The notes: generated by a model not told the origin, from the sequence alone. 62,321 nucleotides of DNA, filler included, from Globobulimina sp. (GCA_003354225.1; 27 parts of 27 records of this genome joined end to end with filler, not necessarily neighbours in it), one strand, 5' to 3'. Shown: positions 34,339 through 46,450, numbered from the whole stretch's first letter. Numbers and translations are program-made.

Positions 34339-35446
34339 CTGATATAGTAAATATATACAATGAAACAGATAAATATAAGAAATAAAATATATAACTCAAC
34401 TTGTTCAACGCAACATGTTTTACATAAAAAAAAGCCAAATAAATGGGGGTATAATTGTTTGGAAGGGCAGAGCCATATAATATCATCAGCTGTAAGTTTT
34501 GTGTTTGCATTAGGATCGAAAGATGCATTGCATTCAGAACATGATGGATATACATTGGCATCATCAAAGCTGTGGCAATATAAACCAACAAATTTGNNNN
34601 NNNNNNNNNNNNNNNNNNNNNNNNNNNNNNNNNNNNNNNNTTAATTAATTAANNNNNNNNNNNNNNNNNNNNNNNNNNNNNNNNNNNNNNNNNNNNTAAT
34701 GATTTATGGTTGAATACATTAATAATATTTTCAAAAAAAGGAGGATACAATTATCCATTACGCGGCATAAAACGTAATTATTTGATGGCAATACACGAAC
34801 AATTGCATTGATTGCAGGCGGTGTAATCCCAGAAAGAAGAAATTCGTTATTTAGTACAATCAATAACATTTGATTTATGATGATAATAATGTGTGGTGGG
34901 ACGGTTTAAATCAGTATGAAATGATAATGTATGGCGACATGGGACATGGCAAAAGAGATAATATCATATTAAATGTCAGTTTACAATCATTGGAAAGTGC
35001 ATCGGCCATCGGTTGTGTTTATATAAATATATTGCTGAGAATGTATTAAACCGAATCTATGCAATGTATTTAAAAGTGACATAATCTATGGGATTTATAT
35101 GGATGTTATACATTTAAATAAAGCTTTAGATAAAGTTTTATAAAGATTTAAATAAATGTTTAAATAAAAACCCCTTTATAAAGATTTCTAAAGCATTATT
35201 AAATCTGGTATTTATTTAAAGTGCTTTTTATCTTTGGAAATAATTTATTTAAAGATAAATAAATTTCTAAAGCCTTTGGAAACACCCTTTAGAATTTATC
35301 TTTAAAAACTTAACACCCTTGTAAAATATAATTACCTGCATGTAGATTTCATGTCCGATTGTTCACAGAAACATGCATAAACAGAAAGTTTTTTCCTAAC
35401 TCCACTTAAGTTGTTTTATTGCACAATACAATCAAATTAACTAATC

Positions 35447-36823
35447 ATGGCGCTCACAATGCAATCCATTGGTCCTGTTCTCATCGTTCTCATACAAACC
35501 ATACTGTACGCAATATGCGCAATATCTGTAGCATACACTGGCATCCAATCATATAATTATTATACACTAAAAATCAAAGATCATAAAGCAATGTGGTATT
35601 TTGCATTAACAACCTTCATTTGTGTTACATTATCATTCACCGCCGCTATATTATTCATTCCCATTATTACATTTTATCATTCATTCAATCTATGTCCTAC
35701 ATTCCTGATAATCCAAGTCATTCTATCCTCAATGTTTAAAATAAATTTATATTTATTCTTCTTACAACGTATCCATAATACTTTTCAATTTTCCATCCAT
35801 CAGATCCACCCTTGCTTTATCAACACACTCCGCATAATAATCATCTCCTACTGGAGCACAGTCAGCATAGTCCAATGCATATTTATCTATCCACAGAGCA
35901 AAAAATCAAACATAAACAATATAATATATTTCTGTGACCTATCAACTGCGGCTCACTCTGTCCGCATGCAAATGGATATTGTATTTGTTTCCGACTGCAT
36001 CTCTGAATCAATATTGTGTCCTTTGATGTTATTTTTATTTATCCGCGGCCTATACAGCGTGGTATCCACTCGTAAGAACTTATCGGTGCGTGACTCTGTC
36101 ACTTTATCCAGCAAACAAACACAAAGAGAGTCCATAACATCTAACAATACATTATCAGTGTTGAATGACTCTGGTCATACACGCTCTCGTTCAGATACAA
36201 TGAGTGAAGACGGATATGATTATAATAATAAACGTGATCGTAATTTTGTGTATGCAATGACAAAGTTTACAACATTGGCAAATATTTCCTTTATAACCTC
36301 AATGTTGGTTTATTTAATATTATTAATTTGTAAATCTATATCTGCCTCCATCAAAATAATGGCTTTAAATATTGGCATTCGATTAGTATTCGATCATATG
36401 ATAAATATTTATTGTGTATATTTTGTTTTTAGATTTACGGATTTAAAATATCATAAATATTGTTCCATTCCACACCAAATGCAAATAAGGTGCATGACAT
36501 ATATGTGTCCGAAAACAAAGGCGATGTTCGAAGTGGCTAAGTTGGAATATCAACGTAATAGGATAGGAATGAAAAAATATGCATCCACTCATAAAAACGC
36601 CAATAATGTAAACAATGCAAACAATGCAAACACAAAAGGCAAAAATGAAAACGATATCGAACTTCACTGCATAAAAAATATAAAAATTAATAAGAATTTG
36701 GAGCCTGTCCCTGAACAGAAAAATGGCACGGATTTAAAATGTGAGATCGATGAAATAAATATGAAAGATTTGGTGGAATTAATTACGCAAATTATTATTG
36801 ACAATGATATTGAAAAACATTAA
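35447..36823 (+). CDS. Seven-TM, GPCR-like protein
   Basis: About seven hydrophobic helices, FFLQRIHNTF after TM3, Ser-rich third cytoplasmic loop, DH.IN.YCVYF.F..Y.KYC helix-7/8 pattern. Confidence 0.7.
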   Translation: MALTMQSIGPVLIVLIQTILYAICAISVAYTGIQSYNYYTLKIKDHKAMWYFALTTFICVTLSFTAAILFIPIITFYHSFNLCPTFLIIQVILSSMFKINLYLFFLQRIHNTFQFSIHQIHPCFINTLRIIIISYWSTVSIVQCIFIYPQSKKSNINNIIYFCDLSTAAHSVRMQMDIVFVSDCISESILCPLMLFLFIRGLYSVVSTRKNLSVRDSVTLSSKQTQRESITSNNTLSVLNDSGHTRSRSDTMSEDGYDYNNKRDRNFVYAMTKFTTLANISFITSMLVYLILLICKSISASIKIMALNIGIRLVFDHMINIYCVYFVFRFTDLKYHKYCSIPHQMQIRCMTYMCPKTKAMFEVAKLEYQRNRIGMKKYASTHKNANNVNNANNANTKGKNENDIELHCIKNIKINKNLEPVPEQKNGTDLKCEIDEINMKDLVELITQIIIDNDIEKH

Positions 36824-37008
36824 TATTAAATGGTTTAACATTAAATAATTATAATGATTGGGGGAAATTAAATAATGTTTCCCTTTTTTTTTGTTTTACA
36901 TTATATATNNNNNNNNNNNNNNNNNNNNNNNNNNNNNNNNNNNNNNNNNNNNTTAATTAATTAANNNNNNNNNNNNNNNNNNNNNNNNNNNNNNNNNNNN
37001 NNNNNNNN

Positions 37009-38149
37009 TTAATATTTGTTTATCTCTAAAATCCGTAATGCCAATCCGATGAATATCGTCTTCTTCCAACACATCCAAACAACTCCCATCAATGTTTTCA
37101 GCGGTAATGCTTTCCCGCAACGCCGACTCGTATTTTGTAAACCATCCATCATTAACTCCCATAATCCAATTAAACACTTGTTGAGAATCCCATTTTTTAT
37201 AATAACTATTTCCTGGTTCAATAGCTACCGCAATATTAAATTTTAGGTTTAATGCATCATATTTTAATTTTAATTTTTTATATTTTTGATCCAATGAATT
37301 ATACGGTTGCTCTAACATTGCATATAAATTTTTCCATTTCTGTGCATCTTTATGCTGATTTCGTAAATTAATGCTCATTAAATCTAATTGTTGCTGCAAT
37401 GAATGTATTTGAATTTGTTGAAGTTGAATGATTTGATTCCATTTATATTGTTCTAATAATAATGCAGATTCTTGTTTACATTCATTGATATTCGATTGCA
37501 TCGCTGTTTTTGGTGCGGCACCAAACGGTAAACAACTAAATTCGACGGTTTCTTTCGTTGTCATAATATCATCCGATTGGCCCCAGTTATGGAGATATTG
37601 GCAATTCGGAAAATCGCAGTTTTTGTTTCCAATAAAATATCCGCAATATCTCTGCGTACCGTGTCTAGCTTTTAATTTGCGGCCATCGCTGAATAAACAG
37701 GAATTTGCATATTTTATGGCATTTTTGCATGCGACCTCGCTTAAATAAATAATATATACACCGTCCGGAGCCGTGTTATGCGAATCAAAGAGCTTCGGTG
37801 AAACGTTGATGTCCAATATTTTACCGAATTTGCCAAACCACGCAAATGATGCTAATGTTAATTGATTTTTCATATCCTCCGGTAATCCGACGATATAACA
37901 AATATTCCCCCGTCTAATACGTAATTGCGATAATTGAAACGGGCTCAAATTACCATGGGGATTACTATTCGCATTCGGTAAAATCAACTCTTTGATTGAA
38001 AATTGTTTTCGTTTCTTGTCCGTCACTCTGTATTTCTTTCTGGTACCTCTTTTGTTGCTATTTGCTGTGTATGTGGCACCATCTGTTTCTGTTTATAGGG
38101 GTTTGGGTTTCGGTTAGTATATCTTTCAAATGAATACTTAACACGACAT
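37009..38149 (-). CDS. NOT4-like RRM + CCCH finger, coiled coil and C-terminal SAM domain, no RING; exons 38149-38143 and 38082-<37009
   Basis: RIRRGNICYIVGLP..FGKFGKI..VYIIY..AI..DGRKLKARHGTQRYC..F..C.FPNCQYLH; SAM WDSQQVFNWI..ENIDGSCL..IGITDFRD; 60-nt intron 38083-38142 containing TACTAAC. Confidence 0.8.
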
Positions 38150-38618
38150 TTACAACTTAGTAAAAGATGGAACATAAAGAGTCCCTTAATATTTAGGACA
38201 CGAAAATATCAATCCATCAATCAATTATACATCGTAGGTAACCACCACATATCCTAGAATATTGCACCTTGAAGCATTATTCAACTCTTAGAAAGCTATG
38301 TCAGCTACACATCATGAAAAAGATGTAACAATAATTCAACAACATCCCCCTCTTCGTGTAGCGTGCTACAAGTGCTTAAGGTACTTGATTGGCTTGCACA
38401 CAGTGCTGGAAATAACAGCACCCCGCACTTCGTGTGGCATAAACACCGTGCCATTGTAATAACAACACAGGTAGCTAAGTATATACAAAACGATTGCCAT
38501 TACTGCAAGAACTGCATCAATCTAAGAATGATCAAAGTACAGTGTATCCATCTCCTCTCCTCTCCCACCTACCTCTGTGAAGACCCTGCCAATGGCAGGT
38601 GTATGAGTAGAAGTCTAC

Positions 38619-38712
38619 GGTTAGGGTTGGGATTAGAGTTAGGGTTATGGATAGTAATAGGGATAGGTATAGAATAAGTAGTATGGTTAGGATTAGGGCT
38701 AGGATTAAGGCT
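38619..38712 (+). repeat. Degenerate TTAGGG-like tract
   Basis: ggttagggttgggattagagttagggttatgg...ggttaggattagggctaggattaagg. Confidence 0.7.
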
Positions 38713-39347
38713 ACCTCGCGTCTCATACCGCGTTACAGTACCCCAACAACTTGTAAAAGGATCTCATGCAGCATTTTGGCGTAACGCTAAAATAATTCCC
38801 CGGCCAATTTCGGCCATTACTGTTTTAGCAAAATGGAGGAAAAGTGAAGCATGTGAGCGGATTATCATCCGTGTTAGCTTATGACAAAAGCCTTTACTTT
38901 CTACTGGAAACTACAATGCCAAAGAGATGATGGAGCTAGTTGCGGTGTGGAACCAGGAGTGGATGATTCATTGATGGTGGGATTAGGGTACCTGTGTCAG
39001 CACAAGGTGTTAAGCTCCGTATAAACGGTACCGTAAAAACGTATCCATTCCTAGCCGTAGGAGATCCACAGTCGAAATGCATTCGCTACACCTTACTTTA
39101 ATGGAATCAACCCATCACGTTACAAAAAGCGCTTGCCTGGACTTTGACAAAAAACCCGCAACTGGATGTTTTTTCTTTGGAACAACGCGTGCGGGAGGCC
39201 CGCGCCCTGCAATCGGGCCNNNNNNNNNNNNNNNNNNNNNNNNNNNNNNNNNNNNNNNNNNNNTTAATTAATTAANNNNNNNNNNNNNNNNNNNNNNNNN
39301 NNNNNNNNNNNNNNNNNNNTCCGCCATACGTTACACATTTTAATCGT

Positions 39348-40423
39348 TTATATTTGTTCAACAGTCATCTTACGTCTTTTTCTAACATTTATGGATGTAC
39401 TATACTTTTGTAAAATGCTCCCAGTAACTTGAGGTTTAATGTAACTCAAAATCGCCAGAGATAATATCGAATCACATACAATAAAATATACCCAATACAA
39501 AGCTACATGATATTCGAATTTGTTATCATATAAACCCAATACTTTTAGCACATAATAGGAGAAATCAACCATAGTCCAACCAAAATATATAACAAACCAT
39601 ATTAAAAATAAGTTTCCAGTGTATTGTAATCGTTTGAATACAGATTGAAAATATATTTTCTTATATTCCGGCATAGTATGCGCAACTTTAAAATATGCAT
39701 TCGTTGATCTCGCACGTATCTCATAAAAATTATATGCAAACAATATAAACGATATCCAAAACAATATAAATATGAAACCGAATAAGGCAATATTCCACAT
39801 ATAATCCATTGCATGTTTTATATCATCATCTTTATAATCAATAAGCCATAGAAAAGTGCCACAAATACGACGTATTACGCCACAAATAATAGCTATATAT
39901 CCGCCATACGTTACACATTTTAATCGTTTATATTTGTTATAATCGGTTCTAAAACGTACAGTATCGATAGCATATATCCTTAAGAATAATGACGACACTC
40001 TTTGAAATATGATAATGATATAAATCACTTTGCCTTCAGCTGATATTTCCTGAATTAAATAATAAGTTATCATATATGCACAATATTCATAATCATTCCA
40101 ATCCAATTTATGATCAAATGCTATTTTGCCATCATTTAAACCACAGATGATTGCAAATGACAACCTCAACACAAAAATAAACAAGGCAATCCATCGCATT
40201 TTTTGCATAAAGAGCTGGCCCGGCGATGCTCCATTCATTTGAATCCCTGGATCACTCGCAAGAATTCGATATGAAACCACAAGATAACTGTTTATTTTTT
40301 GAAATAAGTCTTGGAAATATTTGTTTAGACTATTATTAACTTGATATTGTATGTGAGAAAAATAAGCGTTATAATAACAAGCACTGACATCCATATCCAA
40401 AATTCTACTGATATATCTGCCAT
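39348..40423 (-). CDS. Seven-TM, GPCR-like protein; exons 40423-40341 and 40287-39348
   Basis: ATG 40423 gives MADISVEFWIWMSVLVIITLIFL; GT-AG intron 40288-40340; multiple TM segments. The stop codon lies in a duplicated edge segment. Confidence 0.7.
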
Positions 40424-40465
40424 GATTTCAACAATTAAAAAACAGGGAAGAATAACTTTGCTTTG

Positions 40466-40978
40466 ATGGCAGAAGAAAAAAAGGAGGAAAAATTGAAATT
40501 GGATGATTTTGAATTGAATGCAAATAATATTGTCGATCGTATCTGGTTAGGGAGCGAAGATGCAGCTCATACTTCATTGGACATATTATGCGATAAACAT
40601 GACATTAAATTCATTTTAGTTGCAGGATTTGGCATTACTGCTTTGCATGAAAAGAATGATAAATCACCCATAACATACAAGAAACTAAAATGTATTGATT
40701 TGAGTATTTATGACATTACAAAGGATGTCATTGAAGCAATTAAATTCATTGAAAACAGTTTGAATAATAACACGACCGGCAATTTGCTGATACACTGCGC
40801 ACGCGGCAAATCACGAAGTGCCTCCATATGCATTGCTTATTTGATGTGGAAACGAAATATATCATTTCAAGACGCAAAGTATTTTGTGAAACAAAAAAGA
40901 AAAATCATTTCCATCAATGCAGGATTCGAAAAGCAATTAAAACAATTCGATAAAACAAAACAAAACATCAAATTATAG
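40466..40978 (+). CDS. Dual-specificity protein phosphatase
   Basis: IVDRIWLGS, LLIHCARGKSRSASICIAYLM (HCx5R), VKQKR..INAGFEKQL. Confidence 0.93.
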   Translation: MAEEKKEEKLKLDDFELNANNIVDRIWLGSEDAAHTSLDILCDKHDIKFILVAGFGITALHEKNDKSPITYKKLKCIDLSIYDITKDVIEAIKFIENSLNNNTTGNLLIHCARGKSRSASICIAYLMWKRNISFQDAKYFVKQKRKIISINAGFEKQLKQFDKTKQNIKL

Positions 40979-41037
40979 TCATTCTAAGCTTGCAAAATCC
41001 CGGTGTTTTAACTAAAGTGGTTTTCTGTTTTAAGATC

Positions 41038-41530
41038 ATGGGCTGTTGTTGTTGTAATTGTAACGGAAGCCATTGTGCAGGCGCTCCCAGTTCTGCATCT
41101 AATGAGACCAATAAAAATAATGACACACCGAAATTTGCGCCAGTCGATATTAAAAGTGATCATGACTGTGATTCACCAAAAGTACCAAATGGTAAAACTG
41201 CGACACGGACTTCCGTGCATTCAGAGAATAGGACGAAAGAGCAGACCGCGGCACATATTGCATTGACCAATGTCGACATGAAATTAATCAATGTTATAAT
41301 TGCAGAAACAAACGGAGATAATAAAGAGACGAAATTGCCAGTGATGAATACGTTGACTACCTCGCAAATGAAGCAATTGATTGATAAACATATAGGAATT
41401 GCAGAACATAAACAGTTATTAGAATATAACGGCGTAATTCTTGAGAATCATCAGACTTTATATTTTTACAATATTCACCATGGCGATATATTATATTTGA
41501 CTGTTATGGAAGAGACCGAAAATACAATAA
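41038..41530 (+). CDS. Predicted N-acylated protein with ubiquitin-like domain; 3' partial
   Basis: MGCCCCNC N-terminus; T..QMKQLIDKHIGIAEHKQLLEYNGVILENHQTLYFYNIHHGDILYL. Confidence 0.8.
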
Positions 41531-42197
41531 NNNNNNNNNNNNNNNNNNNNNNNNNNNNNNNNNNNNNNNNNNNNTTAATTAATTAANNNNNNNNNNNNNN
41601 NNNNNNNNNNNNNNNNNNNNNNNNNNNNNNCGTATACCGAATGGGCGACAAGAACTTCTTTTCATAGCTCTGGAAATTAATGCTGCCATTATTCAACGTC
41701 AACGGCGTATATTCATTCTCCATCTTATTACAACAAAAACCATTAATTTTATATCCATATTATTATACAAGATATTATCCGGCTTAATGTCATTATGTAC
41801 GTACAACTTCTCATGCAATGCAGCCAAGGCACACAGCACCGACCTACAAATGTGCTTACTTTTGGAGAAACACCGGAGTGTTGGAAGTCTCGTTGAGACA
41901 CAAAGTATCTGTATTTGATATGAATTATTTTGTTTCTGTGGTACCTCGTCTTTCGACTCTAAGCAGAGGAGTTGAGAGGTTTTTTGTGATTAAAAAGTTT
42001 AAATAATTGGGTCACTAAGCCATATAGAGACAAAAAACAAAAACAACAACCAAAAGATATTTAAGCAATTTGATTGTTTGATAAAAATTGAAACAATCAA
42101 AAAGAAAATAATGCAAACAATCAATTATAAAAAGATAAAAACATATTAAAAAATGAACATTTAAACAATTTATTTGATTGATTTAAATATTAATAAT

Positions 42198-43640
42198 TTA
42201 GTTTGCTAAAATGATACTTGATAGTTTTTTATTTATTTTATTACAAATTGTGTATTTTAAATTATTTATACCTAAATTATTAATTAATTCATTCAAATTG
42301 TCCCGAATATACTTATCGTCGTCTAATAGGCGATTAGTAGTTTTCTTGAAATATGTTGTTTTAATTTCTTGCTCTTCGGAGTTGAGTCTCTTCATTAAAA
42401 ACAATAATTGTTCTTTCTCCATCATTTCGTAGGGAATATCTGAATTACTAATTGAGTCTACAAATAAAATTAATTGTTTCTTTTCATATTTCTTAACAAT
42501 TTTATCCAGATATTTGAGTCTATGTTTCCATTGTAATTTAAATTTATTTTTAATAATTCTTATCTTGGCTGCGGGCCATCCTCTTTCTCGCAATTTACAT
42601 AACAAATTGTGATGGCCCAATCTATGATCGATCTCATTATCATTCAATACAATCGATCTGAAAGATTCTGATGAGAATACACCTTGAAAATGGTCCATTG
42701 AATTATTTGATTGGTCATCTAATAATGTGTTTAATTTACCATCTTTGTAATGAATTTGTGTGGTAATTATTAATGAAATAATATCAATATTAATGATCAA
42801 ATCTAAGTATACAATGCTTTGTTTTACTTCGCATTTTAAAAATAAGTTTGATTTAAATAATTTTGTTTGATATCTCTTACCATTATCCTTTCTTAATTTA
42901 TTTTTGATAAATTCGATTTCGTCCAATGTAAAAACGTCTAAATTTAATTCAAATACTTCATATAAATCGTCAATGTATCGGACTTCGACTAAAATGTTAA
43001 TTGTCATAATTTTATCATTCGGGAAATCGTTTCCAAGGATTAATGATAACCAATCATTTCTTGTTTTATATTCTAAATATAATAAGCAGATATTTGCAAT
43101 GTTGGGTGAAATAATCCAACCGGTTGCAACGACTTTGTTTAAATGTACTAATTTGCCATTTGAGTGAATATAAGTTGTATGAAACACAATTTTAATTATC
43201 TCAATCACACCATTTTGAAAGATACTGTTTATTTTAATTTTGTCCATCTAATTTTAAATTTTCATATAATTTCGAGACATCACTGGCTCTCTGGAAAATA
43301 TCATGATTAATAAATTTGTATTTTTCTTTGATGTGATTCAAATAAGTTTTGAGTTGATACGAATTCTCTAAAATGATACGATAACCTGTATAATGGCGAA
43401 AAATTGCTAAATATCCATTTAATTTCTTATTTAATAATGTTTGATAAAAATTTGTTGGATGGAAACCTAAACAGAGTACCGGTCTCCATTGAAATGGGCG
43501 GCCTTTATGTATTTTGTGCAGTGCTCCAATTTTGGCAATTTTTGGATATTTCTCATTATTGATACAGTCAAATAAACCATTTAAAAATGGCCAGTAACCA
43601 GTTTCTTTTTCAATATTCTGCCTCAATCTTCTGGATATAT
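42198..43640 (-). mobile_element. Penelope-like retroelement reverse transcriptase, frameshifted, without GIY-YIG endonuclease
   Basis: ALHKIHK..WRPVL, ASDVSKLYENL, frameshift near 43245, VATGWIISPNIANICL..LE, RYIDD, VYLDLII, IHYK; stop at 42198 followed by non-coding AT-rich DNA. Confidence 0.8.
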
Positions 43641-44084
43641 CTATCCAGTGCTCTACTTGAGCTAGGCAGGAGTTTGAGGACTGTGTATTGGATTGAGATT
43701 GCATTTGTAATTCGCAATCATCCAATGACTGACTTTGCGGTTCGCCTTCACTTTCAGACGAACGAGAAGATGACTGCATGCTCGACATTACAGAGGTAAA
43801 GTTTTCCATGTCGAGCATTTAATGTTAAACATGAAACAGCTNNNNNNNNNNNNNNNNNNNNNNNNNNNNNNNNNNNNNNNNNNNNTTAATTAATTAANNN
43901 NNNNNNNNNNNNNNNNNNNNNNNNNNNNNNNNNNNNNNNNNCTTTCTCTACCTTGCTCGATATATGCATCGAAATTTTGCATGTGAAATAAAAAAAAATT
44001 TCTCCATGAACCCCGAAGTTCCCCTTTCTCAGTCAATTAATTAGTCAGTCAAGCACATAATTATGGTTATATATTTTTAAAATT

Positions 44085-44464
44085 ACATATTCCATTTTCC
44101 ATCCATTACTGGATACGTTTGATATCCCTACTGTTTTTTCGTCTTCATTTCCAGTGTCTGGAACAGAGAAGGTAAATGTGTCTGTCCCACCATTAAGGAA
44201 ATTGTTGGCTGCTGTGTCTAGGACAATATCTGGGCTATATTGACCAGTGACACTATTATAAACCTTGATAATAATGGAACCCTCTCCGGTTTGTGCAGAA
44301 GTAGCACTTGATGTCTTGGTTGTGACCTTGAAATTTTGATTAGCCGCTTGACAAAACAATGTTTTGATTATGAAAAGTGCCTGAATTACAATGTATACAT
44401 GTAAATTTAATTGGTTAAATACAATAGGCTTACTTACCAAAATGACATGCATTATCTTCAACAT
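44085..44464 (-). CDS. Secreted PLAT/LH2-domain protein; intron 44381-44437; continues after a further intron, 3' partial
   Basis: Removing the 57-nt GTAAGT..CAG intron gives the signal peptide MLKIMHVILALFIIKTLFCQA. FKVTTKTS..AQT..IIIKVY..G..S..L..NNFLNGGTDTF..GW.MEY fits the PLAT pattern. Confidence 0.7.
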
Positions 44465-44898
44465 TGTTTCAGAGTTGTCTACAATTAAAAATATAATGTT
44501 GCAGAAATGGTAAATGAATGGTCACTTGCAGAAAGGTAATGAGCAAATCTATAGCTTTAGCAGTCTATTGATAACTTTAGTCATATTTTGTACTTTCTCG
44601 CAGCTAAAAGTACTTAAAGTCAAATTTGTTACTTTTAAATACTTTTAAAAAACTGATTTAACTGTGTTAGAATGCGAGAACTGAGTTCATTTAAAAAAGT
44701 GTGAAACTGAACTGAACAATCCCATATAATTACATATGGGGTCTAATACTCAGCGTGACCCTAATCGATGAGATACCTATGAGAATGGACAAAATACTTA
44801 ATTTTCTGATCTGATCGATTTCGAAAATTCAGAGTTTGGCATCCCACTTCTGAATCAGGACAAGATTTTGGTGATTATATGATCCGGATACATTGGAT

Positions 44899-45738
44899 TA
44901 GTGATATTCCGAGCCTTATTTAATTTCGAGTTTATTTCGAGTCCATTTCGAGCCGATTTGAATCGAAATTGATTTGTAAGGCTCGGAATCGGCAAGCTTT
45001 AAAGCCTCGAATTTCGACCTTTCACCTTAGTAAATTAGCCCGAATTTCGAGCCTGATTTCGAGCTTGGTGTCGATTTCGAGCCCAACTTGAAACTAATAC
45101 CAAAAAAACTCAAGTTTCAGACATCAATTCTTTTACTTTTTTTTTTGTTTAAAAAACAGTATTTTTTCAGGCTTTTCCACTCTTAATATTCGATAAAACT
45201 GGAAGTTTTAAAAACCAGGCTCGAAATTTTTTGAATGTAGGCTCGTAATCTAATAATTTTAAAAGCTGGGCTCGAAATAGTTTATAATGGCTTGAAATCT
45301 TGGTTCAGATAGGGCTCGGCTCTAATTGAATTCGAAAATGTCGAGCCTGTAATTTTTCAAAATGAAGCAGTAAAAATTGAATTCGAGTTGAAACAAGTGA
45401 CTTTAAATATTAATAAATCACAGTTTTTGATATTTTTAAATGAGAATTTTTAATCAACGTTTTAAATTTTTTGGACGTTTTGAGAACAGTAAAATGTAAA
45501 TGAACTTCAACGATTGATTTTTTGTTGCCTTCTGTTTTTACTATACATATTTCGCATTAGTTTCTATAGTTCATTCAAGCTTCCCCCGCTTGTCCTACAA
45601 CGAAAACTCCTGAATATAAAGGATGAATTATTTAGGTCAGGCTTTCCAGGCTCGGAATCGGAATCGAAATTGAATTCAAAGATGTTTTGGGCTCGGAAAC
45701 GGAATCGAAATAGAAAAACTGGGCTCTGAATATCATTA
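44899..45738. mobile_element. Non-autonomous hAT-type DNA transposon, 840 bp, complete
   Basis: TIRs TAGTGATATTCCGAGCC / GGCTCTGAATATCATTA (15/17 match); perfect 8-bp TSD CATTGGAT at 44891-44898 and 45739-45746; many CGAGC/GCTCG subterminal motifs. Confidence 0.9.
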
Positions 45739-46450
45739 CATTGGATGTATAGTTCTAAATCGTTTTGACATATTTTAAATGGATTAAAAGTGGAATTTCA
45801 GCGATCCGATTGGTTTCGCAAAAATCAGAGATTTGACATGCCGAAAAAATTACAAGTTTCTTGTGTCACAACTATGTACAGTACTACTACTTTCGTGTTT
45901 ATGATTCAGTGTCTAGGACAGGAAGTCGTTGTTTGCTATGTGTACCATTTTGTTTTTTCTCAGGGTGTTAGGCGACGGGAAATAGATGCAGTAGGTGTTT
46001 TGTCTATTCGTCTGATCAGTATTCACGTTTGATTTTTTGTATTACATGTAATTCAAAAACTTTTGTTTCACAAAATGTCCTTTATTTTTCTTTTGGTTTA
46101 TTACTTGTTCAACTTTATAATAATTTGCTGTATACCGTATTTCATGTTTTTTNNNNNNNNNNNNNNNNNNNNNNNNNNNNNNNNNNNNNNNNNNNNTTAA
46201 TTAATTAANNNNNNNNNNNNNNNNNNNNNNNNNNNNNNNNNNNNNNNNNNNNAAGTGTTGTGATAAGGAGCTTGACTCAAAAGCTTTTTTATCTTTACAT
46301 TTATCTAAGCTTCAAGACTGGCGAGTTTATATTACAAATAAAGATAAAAAGAACACACAGCACAGACTACAAATACAAACACCAAAAAAACCAAATATAA
46401 CACAAAACACAAACACAAAAACACCAAAAACGCATAAGTTACGGAGATCG

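Noticed and set aside
34697..35050. Coding-like fragments at the contig start
   Set aside because: Stops in all frames and no recognisable motif; cannot support a gene call
42667..42692. CTGATGA..GAAA hammerhead-like core near the Penelope RT
   Set aside because: It lies antisense inside the RT coding region and I could not form a proper stem II or flanking stems; no convincing hammerhead was seen in the 3' flank by eye
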